NCBI GenBank assembly: GCA_965649765.1 | Contig: OZ287749.1 | Coordinates: 41,540,001-41,604,000 of the forward strand | Source of the DNA: Bispira polyomma | Taxonomy: Eukaryota | Reading direction: 5' to 3' | Length of the DNA: 64,000 bases | Shown: positions 26,444 through 39,454 of the stretch, piece by piece | How positions within the stretch are numbered: the stretch's first letter is position 1 | How the letters are laid out: each line of letters opens with the position of its first letter | Position numbers and translations under genes: made by a program | The notes under the pieces: generated by a model | Told to the model about the DNA's origin: nothing | Seen by the model: the letters and a program-made list of their open reading frames with translations, nothing else | Database searches by the model: none

Positions 26444-27185
26444 GTAGGTGGAGACTGATCTATTAAAAACTGGCCAAAATAATAGTACCCCTACATGTTG
26501 GGGGAGCAAAATATTGTTTTGGATATTGGAAGGTTAAAAAATAATAATTCACCATGTTAAATATTCAGATATTAGAAGTTTAAATAATAAATGTAAAAGA
26601 GCTCTGTACACAGTTTGCACCCCCATACTGGGTTATTCCACTTGTCAACCAATTGTTCACTGTCGGCTCTTAAACACACCCATTAGCAGCCAGGTACCTA
26701 TTTATACACCTGGGTGGGGAGGGACAACTTTAGGTGAAGTATCTTTTCCAAGGGTACAATCTCTAGGCCTGCAGGTAGAATCGAACCTGGGACCCTCTCG
26801 GACCCTCTGATGCATAGTCAAACACTCTAACTGCTAGAACACGGAGACCACAGAGGTTTTGCTGTAATAGAATGTCAAATTCACTGTCAAAGGACATCAC
26901 GGCTGCAAAAATTTAAATTAGCTAGCTGCCATGTAAAATTCCAATTGGCTCCGAATAGAAGTTATATTAAAAAAAAATAATGAGACTGATATATTTTGCT
27001 ATTTTCATTATATAAGCGAACAATTCATTAAATTTAATTTGGGGGCCGGTAGTTGTCACTATTCTTATTGCCATGGATTAGCCATGACATTCCTAATTTC
27101 TATAGAAGTGTAAATTATAATAAAAATTAAATATTAGGATAATAGAGTTTTTATTTTGGAGTGTTATTAGGTTTAATTACATTGA

Positions 27186-27428
<243 letters not shown>

Positions 27429-27737
27429 TAATGTAACCTCCCATATTCTTGATTCTGGGTTGTCACAGCTTAGTGAGGATTGTGAATAATGGGGTGATGT
27501 GACTTGAACTCAATTAGGTAGAGGACTTACACTTGTAATTTATACGAAACATACATAACCTTGTCAACTTGTGACCCTGGTAAGTGATGTAAAGAGGATG
27601 ATAATAAAGTGAAACCTATTCAGAAGGATTCCTTATTGGTAAGGGGAGTATTGTGCCTGCAAATCAAATTAACGTCGTATTTCAAAAATAACCCACGACA
27701 AACCTGGTGTTTACCAATTGGAGGTGTAGGAACACAT

Positions 27738-28108
27738 GTATTGTGTTTCAGGCCATTAGGCGTATCTTTGTGGGTCTGTGTCAGGGGTTTGACTCTACTG
27801 TGTGTATGTGTTTTAGGCCATGGGGCGTATCTTTGTGGGTCTGTGTCAGGGGTTTGACTCTACTGTGTGTATGTGTTTTAGGCCATGGGGCGTATCTTTG
27901 TGGGTCTGTGTCAGGGGTTTAACTCTACTGTGTGTATGTGTTTTAGGCCATGGGGCGTATCTTTGTGGGTCTGTGTCATGGGTTTGACTCTACTGTGTGT
28001 ATGTGTTTTAGGCCATGGGGCGTATCTTTGTGGGTCTGTGTCATGGGTTTGACTCTACTGTGTGTATGTGTTTTAGGCCATGGGGCGTATCTTTGTGGGT
28101 CTGTGTCA
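27738..28108 (+). repeat. 65-bp tandem repeat of the 3' splice acceptor plus exon start (6 acceptors)
   Basis: AG ends at 27751, 27816, 27881, 27946, 28011, 28076. Confidence 0.96.
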
Positions 28109-28236
28109 AGTAGGAGCCTGGGGTTGCTTTGATGAGTTTAACCGTCTGGAGGAGAGGATGTTGTCTGCCTGCTCCCAGCAGATCCAGACGATCCAGGAGG
28201 CACTGAAGGAGCAGGCTGCTGTCTCAAAGGACAAAG
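28077..28236 (+). CDS. DYNC1H1: Dynein HC exon (AAA1 Walker [14 protein letters not shown])
   Basis: Uses the last of six tandem acceptors; AAAG|gttagc. Confidence 0.94.
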
Positions 28237-28825
28237 GTTAGCTTTACTATGGATGTGGTTGACTTTGCTAGATCTCTTTCCAGTAGAAACAACAAAATAT
28301 GTTGAATTAAAAATCAATACAGTTAGTTTGACAGTATTTTACTTCAACTACTGTTGCTTTGAATTTCTGATATGTTGGTAAATTGATGCGTCTCTTGGTC
28401 TCTGGAACATATTTTTATATATTTTTTATCCCTGCTGCAAAGCCTTGCACGGATGAACATATCGCAGTCTGCACATGTCAAATTATAAATGTATTTTTTA
28501 TCCCTGCTGCAAAGCTTTGCACGGATGTATAAGAACGGGCTGTGTCTGTCCGTCCATCCGTTCTCTCCACGCCTCTTTACAGAATACTGCTTAGCTTGCA
28601 ACTTTTATTTAATAGTAACACAGCCACATTGGCCTCCTAGTTACTCAAACTGGTGGAAGTAGACCACTTCAATTATTCACCTTTCAGAAATTCACTAAAT
28701 TCACCTACGTCTTGATCAATTTGGCAAACTCTGGCCACTCTACCACAACAGAGAAGTGTAACCATTGAGGTTTCTGGTTTTATCTTGTGCCATACACCTG
28801 CATATTTGATATTGGATGTTGTTAG

Positions 28826-29066
28826 GTGCTTTCATCCAAGTGGAGTTGGTTGGGAAGAATGTGAAGGTGAACCCAGACATGGCCATCTTTGTGACAATGA
28901 ACCCAGGCTATGCTGGCAGGTCCAACTTGCCGGACAACTTGAAGAAACTGTTCCGTAACCTGGCCATGACTTCTCCAGACAGACAGCTTATCGCCCAGGT
29001 CATGCTCTACTCTCAGGGGTTCAGGACCGCAGAGAAACTGGCCAGCAAAATTGTACCCTTCTTCAA
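28826..29066 (+). CDS. DYNC1H1: Dynein HC exon ([19 protein letters not shown])
   Basis: tag|GT...AA|gtaagt. Confidence 0.95.
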
Positions 29067-29711
29067 GTAAGTGCAGTGTGGATTGAGATTTGTAGTCCGT
29101 TTAAATCAGGGGCCATGGGTGCCTGGTTGTTATAAATGTCTGCTTTAATGTCACACACTTCTTGGGATAGTTGGTTCGGCAGTTATTTGCTGATGGTCAC
29201 TGGTTTCCAGTGTATTATCTTGACCCCCTAGTTTACACTAGTTTTCTCCAGCACTGCACATCATGATATGACCTGTACAATGTGTTGACAGAGACGTCAA
29301 ACCCAAAATCATAATAAAATAAAATCCCACTAATTCCCTTGTGTGGGAAAGTTTGCCAGGTACTTGCTGTAGGTTGGTGGTTTTGAGTGTAAATATTCAT
29401 AACTAGTGATTTCAAAGAATGGTTATATATAGTACAGTATCATTGTAACCTCTATTATCCAAACATAAATATTTTGAAAAAAGTGGTATTTTAGAATAAC
29501 AAAATGAACCCATTATTGAAAGGTTCATAAATAAAAGGCAATTCTGCAAACCACTTTTGGGGAGTGGAAATGAGTTCATAAAATCAATGATGTCTAAACG
29601 TTAGAGGTTTGTGTAACAGAGGAGTTCTACTGTAATTAGCTAACAAAAGACCAGAGAGAAGAGTGTCTACTGTTTGAGAGACTAAAGCACATTGCTGTGT
29701 GTGTGTTGTAG

Positions 29712-29895
29712 ACTGTGTGATGAGCAGCTGTCCTCGCAGTCTCATTATGACTTTGGACTACGTGCACTCAAGTCCGTACTCATCTCTGCGGGTAACGTAA
29801 AACGTGACCGTATCCTGGCAGTCAAGGAGGGAATGATCTCCAGGGGTGAGACTGTGGATGAGGCAGTCATTGCTGAGCAGCTACCTGAACAGGAG
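29712..29895 (+). CDS. DYNC1H1: Dynein HC exon ([19 protein letters not shown])
   Basis: tag|A...GAG|gtgata. Confidence 0.95.
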
Positions 29896-30332
29896 GTGAT
29901 ATACTTTACCCATCTTGGCTCTAATTTTTTTTAAATACAGAAGTTGAAATAGTTTACTATCTAATACAGTCTAACCTGCGAAGAACAAACCAACCACCCA
30001 AGGGAAATTCCCAAATTGGTTGTTATTCACAGGTGGTTGCTCTTCACAAAGAAAATTCTAGGTTCACCAATAAAATAGTCAAAGTCAACACCATAAAATT
30101 TGTAAAATATAATGGGATTCATTAGGAGGAAATATATGCTTATGAAATAGTCAGTCAACACCATAAAATTTGTAAATATTATAAAGGCTTTATTGGGAGG
30201 AAATACATGCTCATGTATAAGCACTAGAGATTCTTCTTGCTGACATATTTTTTACTTGCACTTTAAATTGAATTAGCTCAATTCTATTTGAAGACCTCAT
30301 TGTGTAAGCCTTGAAGTGCTCTTTATCTCCAG

Positions 30333-30545
30333 ATCCTGATCCAGAGTGTGATGGAAACCATGGTTCCTAAGCTGGTGGCCGAGGACATCCCTCTGTTGAA
30401 TAGCCTGCTGTCCGACGTGTTTCCTGGCATCCAGTACACCCCAGCAGAGATGACCCGTCTGAGGGAGGAAGTGAAGAAAGTCTGCACTGAGATGTTCTTA
30501 GTGTACGGAGATGGGGAAGAGCAGGGTGCAGTCTGGGTGGAAAAG
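30333..30545 (+). CDS. DYNC1H1: Dynein HC exon ([11 protein letters not shown]...VWVEK)
   Basis: cag|ATC...AAG|gtatgt. Confidence 0.95.
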
Positions 30546-31454
30546 GTATGTACTTAGAATATGTCTTAAGTATGAAGACTGAGCGCTGTATCGGTTTTAT
30601 TGAATTTAGCTATGTGGTGCTGGCTTGTTCTAAGGAGGGGCCTTGATGGTGTAGTGGCATCACACTCGCCTCCCACCACTGCAGTCATGCGTGGAGAAGG
30701 TGTGTGCTTGGAAATAGAGTATGAAAATGGGGCCCTGTAAGTTGCATTTGTAATATTGATTTGATTAAGCTTATGTGGTTCTGGACTAAGATACAAGTAG
30801 AGACAAAGGATGGCTAGTTTGGGGTGGGGTGTGTGTGAATGTGTTTGGAATGTGGCTGTTCTGGGACCCTTTTTATCATAACACTTAAACTCGCAATATC
30901 CTCAAAATATGCTGTGGTTGTGTATCTCTGTACACCGAAGATATCTGACAACTACTTGCATTTCTTACTGAAAGCTCTACTAAAATGTAGAAATAAAGTT
31001 CAAGGGCGAGTACTTTATTGGTGAATAAAGAACTGACTTACGGCAAAATAATGGACAAGGGCCGAGTCCATTATGCCGGAAGGCTGTCCTTTATTCGGCC
31101 ATAAAATACAAGCCTGTGTACTTTATTTCTGTTATAAAGACTGAAAATAATATATTTATAGCAAATAATAAGATATTTTCCAACTTACTGTTAACTATTT
31201 TTGTAGCTACTGATGGAACTATTTATCTTTGATCTATTCTCCCAGATAAAGTACGGCTATAAATTGCGCACTGACGGCTTTGTGTTGTATGCGCACTTCC
31301 GGTCTTAATAATGAATGGTAACTTGTCTAGGTTATTCCCATTAAGGAGGTAAGCTAAATCTGTGATATTTGAGTTCAAGACATTTGATAAATATGCCCAC
31401 TGTAACCCATTGTTTAAATCCTCTAATCCCACCTCTGACTGTATTTCGTTTCAG

Positions 31455-31607
31455 GTATTACAGCTGTACCAGATTGCCCAGATCCACCACGGTCTGATGA
31501 TGGTGGGGCCTAGTGGTTCTGGCAAGAGTACAGCCTGGCGTGTACTGCTGAAAGCCCTGGAGAGGGTGGAGGGAGTGGAAGGTGTGGCTCATGTCATTGA
31601 CCCCAAA
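31455..31607 (+). CDS. DYNC1H1: Dynein HC exon (AAA2 P-loop GPSGSGKS)
   Basis: cag|GTA...AAA|gtaagt. Confidence 0.96.
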
Positions 31608-32454
31608 GTAAGTACACACAGGACGCGTATACTGGATATATGGTGGTGGTACCACTTTCCAGTCTATTAGAAATGTTGTGTATGTCTTTTATATCATAGC
31701 AGTAAAAACATATGAGAGCTCACCAAAATGTGTATTTATATTAACTGACACTTCTATTTCAAAGAGTCAACAATTGTTTTGGCATTTTTATGTTTAAAAC
31801 ATCTTAATTATGAAGTCAAAAACGTTTGAACTTGAAATTCGAATGGACGGCATTTTTGAACCTTGACTATAAATAACAGTGAAAGATGCCTACAGGGCTA
31901 GGCAATGGCCCAGGGACTAGTAGTTAGGTTGAGTGGTAAAGACGTTTTTACCAGAGAAGGTGCTTGAAATATAGAATAATAATATAATACCATGAATGCT
32001 TTGTTTTAGTGACTTCTATTTCATGTCGCTGTATTTGCAATTGTTTTGCCCTTTATGATCCTTGTTATACAGTAAAACCTCCAAATAGTGAAAATGTCCC
32101 TGTAGTGAACACCACTTTTCTTGGTCCTCTTTTGACATTGGTGAATTAAACTACCTCAGAATAGTAAACGCCTTTTTATGATTGACAACTGGGTGATTTC
32201 CATGACTGTTTACTATATAGAAGTTTTGCTGCCTTTATTTTCTGTTCCAGTCCATCTATAAAGATGGTAGTCCTATGGCAGTCTGGAACCTAACACGATG
32301 GAGTGGACTGACAGTTTAGTTAATAGAGGTTCTACTGTATTTACTTTGTGTTCCAGTCCATCTATAAAGATAGTAGATCTATGGAAGTCTGGATCCTAAC
32401 GTGGGCAGACAGTTCAGTTAATAGAGGTTCTACTGTATTTTCTTTCTGTTTCAG

Positions 32455-32697
32455 TCCATCTCCAAAGATGCGCTGTATGGTAGTCTGGATCCTAACACCA
32501 GAGAGTGGACTGATGGCCTCTTTACCCACATCCTCAGGAAGATCATTGACAATGTGCGCGGAGAGATCAACAAGCGCCAGTGGATCATATTTGACGGAGA
32601 TGTGGATCCAGAGTGGGTGGAGAACCTGAACTCTGTGCTGGATGACAACAAGCTGCTGACACTTCCCAATGGGGAGAGGCTGGCTATCCCTCCTAAT
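32455..32697 (+). CDS. DYNC1H1: Dynein HC exon (AAA2; REWTDGLF...[21 protein letters not shown])
   Basis: cag|TCC...AAT|gtatgt. Confidence 0.95.
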
Positions 32698-33163
32698 GTA
32701 TGTACACTGTACTATGTACTGGCTATCCCTCCTAATGTATGTACTCTGTACTGGCTATCCCTCCTAAACCTTTGTGCTGTGATAGTTGGAAGAACTACAG
32801 TAACTGTCATGTAAATTCTGGAATTTAGTCGTTCTTTTAACCAAGTTATAAAGTTATTGCAGGTAAAAAAATACATTAAAGCTCTTTGAGATAGCACATC
32901 AGCTGACAAAGTTACAAACAATATCGTAGGTCTACATTCTTGTTTATCTATCCTAAAATTACTGTACATGTGTTTAATTTCTAATGTACATTAACATTTA
33001 GGTAGTCTTTTACCAAACCTAGGCACAATATTTTTGGTGAGTATACCCTTGGCCAGCACCTTTAATATCAATACATGTATTGTGTTAGTTTTACAATAAG
33101 TGTTCGCATAGAGATATTCTATTTTCCAGTTGCAAGTGTACACAGAGATGTTGTATTTTGCAG

Positions 33164-33382
33164 GTGCGTATCATGTTTGAGGTTCAAGACCTGAAGTATG
33201 CCACTCTGGCCACCGTGTCGCGTTGTGGTATGGTCTGGTTCAGTGAAGACGTCCTTAGTACAGAGATGATCTTTGAGAACTTCCTGATGAAACTCAGGAA
33301 CGTGTCTGTGGAGGAAGATGAGGACATGGGACATGTGGGTCGTGCAGAGCAGAAAGATGAGGAAGTCAACCCATCCCTACAG
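33164..33382 (+). CDS. DYNC1H1: Dynein HC exon ([19 protein letters not shown])
   Basis: cag|GTG...CAG|gtgagg. Confidence 0.95.
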
Positions 33383-34196
33383 GTGAGGGGTTAATGTTGG
33401 GTAAACTACAGGGTAATGTCAGGTAAGAGGCTAATGTCCGGTAACCCAGCTCTACAGGTGAGTCTGGTCACAGTGTCTGGAGGAAGATAAGGATTTGGGG
33501 CGTGTGGAGCAGAAAGATCAGGAATTGAACCCATCCCTACAGGTGAGGGGTTAGTGTAAGGTAACCTACAGGTAAGGGGTTAATATCGGGATTTAATGTC
33601 AGGTAACCCAGCCCTACAGGTGAGATGTTAATGTACAACTAACCCAGTTCTACAGGTGTAATGTCGGGTAACCTACAGGTGTTAATGAAAAGTAGTTACT
33701 AGTCACTACAGGTGTTAATGTCAGGTAAGCTACAATCTACTAGTGTTACTGCGGGTAACCTACAGGTGTTAAGGTCAGGTGAATCTGGGCTCTATTTGAT
33801 AACCCAGGGACACAAGTGAGTCTGGTCAGCGTCGGGTAACTAAGGCTTACAGGTCCATGTCAGTTATACTGTTAGGTCCATTGAAAGTCAAACAAATGAC
33901 TGCTACCCTTCTTATAGTAATAATAATAATAAAAGTTCTTCTATAGAAGGCAGGCACAGTCAAGTTACTTGCGCTGAATCTACTAATAGTCATGTCAGAA
34001 TCTGTAGAAATTCCAGCTTAGTTTATTTTAATTGTCCAGTATTGGGTGAACAGATAAATCAATAAATTGTGAGAAAATACTGTGTGTAATACAGGTACAT
34101 GTACATTTACATACCTTTGATAAATTTGATATTCATGTACTCCCTGATTCTACTATTTTCATTAAAGTAACCTTTCTTCCTTTCTTTATTCCACAG

Positions 34197-34400
34197 ATCC
34201 AGAGAGACTGTGCAAACAACATTCAGCCATACTTCTCTCCTGATGGCCTTGTCAACAAATGCTTGGACTACGCTGCCAATCTGGATCACGTGATGGACTT
34301 TACCCGATTGCGAGCTCTTGGCACGCTGTTCTCCATGTTGAACCAGTCTGTGAGGAATGTGTTCAGTTACAACAACAGCCATCCAGACTTCCCCATGCAG
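34197..34400 (+). CDS. DYNC1H1: Dynein HC exon ([13 protein letters not shown]...HPDFPMQ)
   Basis: cag|ATC...CAG|gtacag. Confidence 0.94.
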
Positions 34401-35258
34401 GTACAGTAGAATCTATTATCTGAACAGGTTCAGAACAAGATTGTCTTAAATAGTAGAATAGTTTTTTAAAAGCAAAAGGCATTGCTGTAAAGTGCAATTC
34501 TAAACCTAAATTTAGGACTGTTGAAAAAAGTTTCTAACCTCAAATAGTTAGATAATAAAGGTTTCGTATCTATCTAAAGTTAGAAAATAAGTCATTGGTG
34601 ATATATAAACTATATAAAATATCTGTAAATACATGCAAATATTACTCTGTTTCTGTAAACCAGGATATTGTTTCACATAAGAGAGGGGACAGGTAACAAT
34701 TTTTCTTTGTCGACAACTGTGCAAAATTTAAGGAAATACCATAATATATGGTCCTATAATAATAATAATGAAGTTTTTTCATGCTTGTTCTTTATTTGCC
34801 GAATAATGGACTGCCTTCCGGGTTAATGGATTCATCTATTATTTTACCGAAAGTGCCGTCTCTTATTTGCCTAATACAGTTTGCCTAATACAGTTAACAC
34901 CCTTAAAGGTAACTGTTGCAGACAGCCTCTTTCAGAATATGTTTACTGCTATAATATCTTGCTCCTGTTGAACTTTGGCCTGATTTTGGAAAACAAATGG
35001 CTGCAGCGACAACTTCTTTAAAAGTGGTTTTCTAAACCATTGCAGCTAGCCTCACCAAATTTTCAGGATATGTTTACTGCTATAATATCTGGCCTCATTT
35101 TGAAAATTCTCCTGATCAACAGTAAGAAAAGGAGTCATTTCTCAGCTGTGGGTGATAAAATATGCATTGGTCTACTTATACATTATTAGGCTAAAATTCT
35201 GTAAAAAAAAAAAAATATCTCCTGTACAAATTTTTGTATCTTGTTATTCACTTTTTAG

Positions 35259-35426
35259 CAAGATCAACTGGAACGCTACATGCCCAGGTCCCTGATCTAC
35301 TGCCTGTTGTGGTCACTCTCTGGAGATGGAAAGCTCAAATCCAGGCAGGAGCTAGGGGAGTTTATCAGAGGGGTCACTACCATCCCACTACCACCAAGTT
35401 CACAGGCTGCCATCATTGACTTTGAG
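35259..35426 (+). CDS. DYNC1H1: Dynein HC exon (QDQLERY...LWSLSGD...IIDFE)
   Basis: tag|CAA...GAG|gtaatt. Confidence 0.94.
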
Positions 35427-35966
35427 GTAATTAGCTGTAGTCAAAGTTCTTAAACTATTTGCTTCTGAGTTGTACAAGCATTTAATTCAGTAAATTATCT
35501 TAATTCAACAGTGAATATGCAGTATCATAACCACTAAATTAAAGGTCGGTTTCCATACTTGTGGTATCCGGCATTCGATTGTATGCGTCATGTGGCTACC
35601 CAAAGTCATTGGAGATGTTATTGGCCTTTTTGTGAACTCCGCCCCAGAGTTTTAGTTGTTCTGCAAGGCCACTGCCAAAGGGGATGCCTAATACCTTGTA
35701 TCTGGAAACCACTCTGAAATAAATTTTGAACAGGATTATTATAATTAGGTTGTAACCCTGTGAAAGTGAATTGTGAAGCCTTAACGGGGTTCAGCTGTAG
35801 CTAAACATATTTCCAATAGCATTTATTTGGTCGACATATACCAATAATCGGCTTCATATACAAGCCGGTATTCAGCAAGCGGCTTAATATAACTTTATTG
35901 TTACTGCCAATTGTCTAATAAAATATGGTTAAATCAATAATCAGTGAACATTCAATCTTTCCATAG

Positions 35967-36150
35967 GTTTCACCCACAGGTGACTGGCTTCCCTGGACAG
36001 CTAAGGTGCCTCAGATTGAGGTGGAGACTCACAAGGTGGCAGCACCAGATGTGGTGATCCCTACGATTGACACAGTGCGACATGAGTCCCTGCTCTACAC
36101 TTGGCTTGCAGAGCACAAACCCATGGTGCTCTGCGGTCCTCCTGGCTCTG
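35967..36150 (+). CDS. DYNC1H1: Dynein HC exon (AAA3; [16 protein letters not shown]...LCGPPGS)
   Basis: tag|GTT...TCTG|gtaaga. Confidence 0.95.
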
Positions 36151-37006
36151 GTAAGATTAATGTATTAATCTAATCTAATCAACTCTGTAGTTAATTTTAG
36201 CCAGGCAGCAGGTATTGTACATTGGTTGAAACATATTTTACACTAAGGCAACAATTGTACTACAATTCTATTGAATCCTAGTATTATCATCAAGTAAAAT
36301 GTAAATATTGTTAGGATGCTAGCTTGTAATGGACTTAAGAGATTAGTACAGTACTAATGTAATCAGAACCTTTTTCACTGCCGCTATAGTGTGATGTCAC
36401 GTCTACCTAGGGCTCAAATCCGTAGTAATTTTAGTATTCAAGTACTCATTCACCATTAGCTACTCTTAAAAGAATAATTCCTCCAATAGGAAAGACACTA
36501 AAGGCCCAAAGTTAGTCTTTATAAATTGGTATGACCCAGAAAAGTTTGTATTTTAAATAGTACATTACTGTAATCTTTATTAAGTACTCTTGAGTATATT
36601 CACAGGGGACGACATTAACTTTTTCACATACAAACCCATATTTACATTACCATTTGGACATTTCCAACACAATTTTCGACACCTTTGTGTCCCAACCCTC
36701 ACAACTCGGCCCAGTAGCTAGATTTTTTCATTGCTTCGGAAATGAAAGCTATTGTCCCTGGCAGTGCGAGATATTCATCAATAATCTTAATAGACCGCAG
36801 GGCCAGCAACTTTAAAACGCTACTGGCTGCAGGCTTTTAGTTCTGAAGAGTAGCTAGATCAGGGCAGAAGTTGCAAGCCCCAGGCTGTTGGGACCGCTGT
36901 GGTATCTAACCCTGGGCCACCGAGCCTATGTTCAGGTCGTACCCTGGACTCTTTAACAGCCCGGGACTTAAAGACCTATATACATTGCTGTACATTTGAC
37001 ACACAG

Positions 37007-37231
37007 GCAAGACCATGACGCTGTTCAGTGCACTGAGAGCACTACCAGACCTAGAAGTGGTGGGTTTGAACTTCTCCAGTGCCACCACCCCTGAGTTGAT
37101 GCTGAAGACCTTTGACCACTACTGTGAGTACAGGAAGACGCCCAATGGGGTGGTTCTCTCCCCAATACAGCTGAGCAAGTGGCTTGTACTCTTCTGTGAT
37201 GAGATCAACCTGCCAGATATGGACAAGTTTG
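37007..37231 (+). CDS. DYNC1H1: Dynein HC exon (AAA3; [10 protein letters not shown]...[13 protein letters not shown])
   Basis: cag|GC...TTTG|gtgagt. Confidence 0.95.
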
Positions 37232-37935
37232 GTGAGTAAGAAATTCTATTCTAGTAGTACTCAGGATGTTTTGTGCTGACAAAATTGTAAGGTGTAAAAA
37301 ATCTTGAATGTTATCAGAATTCATAGATTAAAAAACATGTACAAATGTATGAAATTACGATGTACAGAAAAACCTCTGTCAGTAAACACCTAAATGGTAC
37401 TTCGGCACCGGTTTCATCCATACTTAAATCTGGCCCTCATGATATGACCTAAGCTGTTGAACGTGACTTCAAACCCAACTAAATTTAAATAAATTCAATA
37501 GCAAACACAGTGGCCAAAGACACTTCAACCCCCAGACGACCTTGTCTGTTGGCTAGCAGTCTGTGGGTATTTCTATTCGCCAGTGCAATGTCCGTTAGCC
37601 AGCAGTTGACTGTATAAAAGATTATTGTATAGCTCCCTCAGCACTCAGGAATAAATTCTATGTCATATTCTGCATTTGACATAAAGAAAAAAATTGTTTT
37701 TTTTCGTTTGTGATGTAATCAGTTGTTGCAAAAACATAATTTTTGATGTCATCAAAGTGTGTTAAAGTATTCTACCCCGGTATAGTGCAAGTACACTCCA
37801 TTGGTGGTGAAGGGGTTAAACACATTTGTATTTTAATGGTATCGATATTATAAGCAGTTATAAGAGAGTGGTCTGTTCGTTCTATTGGGTCCTCTTAGGA
37901 GTTGCACTGACTGGGTTTTATCTATTCATCTCTAG

Positions 37936-38089
37936 GCACACAACGAGTGATCTCCTTTCTGAGGCAAATGGTTGAACATGGTGGGTTCTATCGCACTTCA
38001 GACCAGACATGGGTGAAGTTTGAAAGGATGCAGTTTGTGGGAGCTTGTAATCCACCTACTGATCCAGGCAGGAAACCCCTCACTCACAG
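37936..38089 (+). CDS. DYNC1H1: Dynein HC exon (AAA3; [13 protein letters not shown])
   Basis: tag|GC...AG|gttagt. Confidence 0.95.
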
Positions 38090-38157
38090 GTTAGTGTCTT
38101 GTCAAAGAGGATTGATGTCAAATACAGGACATTCATAGAATAATAATTGAAGCACCC

Positions 38158-38572
38158 TGGATTTAACTTCTATACGTGTCTTATCACTCTAGATTCCTGC
38201 GCCATGTTCCAGTGGTTTCCATTGACTACCCTAGATTTAACTTGTTTTCGTCTCCTTCCACTTTAGAATCCTGCGCCATGTTCCAGTAATGTATGTGGAA
38301 TGGATTTAACTTGTATACGTGTCCTATCACTCTAGATTCCTGCGCATGTTTTAGTGTTTCAATGGATTTAACTTGTATACGTGTCCTATCACTCTACATT
38401 CCTGCGTATGTTTTAGTGTTTCAATGGATTTAACTTGTATACATGTCCTATCACTCTAGATTCCTGCGCCATGTTCCAGTAATGTATGTGGACTAGGATT
38501 TAACTTTTATATGTGTCCTATCACTCTAGATTCCTGCGCCATGTCCCAGTGGTGTATGTAGACTACCCAGGC
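38158..38572 (+). repeat. 60-75-bp degenerate tandem repeat of acceptor plus exon start
   Basis: GGATTTAACTT...ATCACTCTAG|ATTCCTGCGCCATG repeated about 6 times. Confidence 0.92.
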
Positions 38573-38695
38573 CAGATGTCCCTCACTCAGATATACGGCA
38601 CCTTTAATAGAGCCATGCTGAGACTGGTACCTAGTCTGAAGCCCTACGCACAGCCTCTGACTAGTGCCATGGTGGAAGTCTACCTTATGTCGCAG
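38530..38695 (+). CDS. DYNC1H1: Dynein HC exon ([14 protein letters not shown]...YLMSQ)
   Basis: Uses the last of several tandem acceptors; CAG|gtaggt. Confidence 0.94.
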
Positions 38696-39290
38696 GTAGG
38701 TACGAGGGGGGGGTTTACAACCAACTCCTTGTGAAGGCAAGATGTTCTTCTGCTAATAATAAATGGTTGATTAAAATAAGAGGCATTATAGTAGAGAAAC
38801 AGAAGAAAAATGCAAGGTCACAGGTAATGTCAGGAATTAAAGTCCTTGTAAGAGCAAGATGTAATAGATCGTTAATTAAAATTTTAAGAAGAGGGATTAT
38901 CGTAGAATGAAAGAATTCTCAAGTGACCATTAGTAATGTAATGTTTTGTTACAGTGCTGTTTGATATCTTTAAGTAACAATTTCACTTTTAAATGTCTTC
39001 TTTCAGCTATGATTTTTCATCAAAATCTTAATTGTCAAATTTGTGGGTGGTTAATTGTGTTACAATCGGTAACACTTCTAAAGTAACTTGAAGTAGTAAT
39101 ATTGTTAAATTTTTGTCAGTTTTATTTTGGGTTGGCAGACATTAAAAGAAATGTTATAACAAAGACCGGATTTGTGTAATGACCCAACATTTTAACAGTA
39201 GTGTACAATTCTCTTTAAAAAAAAACAAAAAACAATTCTGTTTAGAACTACACACACGTTGACGGTATATGTTCTTCTCTTACCTCACAG

Positions 39291-39454
39291 GAGAAGTTCA
39301 CCCAGGATATCCAGCCCCACTACATCTACAGTCCCCGTGAAATGACGCGCTGGGTGCGTGGTATCTGTGAGGCTCTGCGACCACTAGAGACACTCAGTAC
39401 AGAGGGATTGGTGCGCATATGGGCACACGAAGCTATGAGACTCTTCCACGACAG
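39291..39454 (+). CDS. DYNC1H1: Dynein HC exon ([17 protein letters not shown]...[11 protein letters not shown])
   Basis: cag|GAG...AG|gtactc. Confidence 0.95.
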
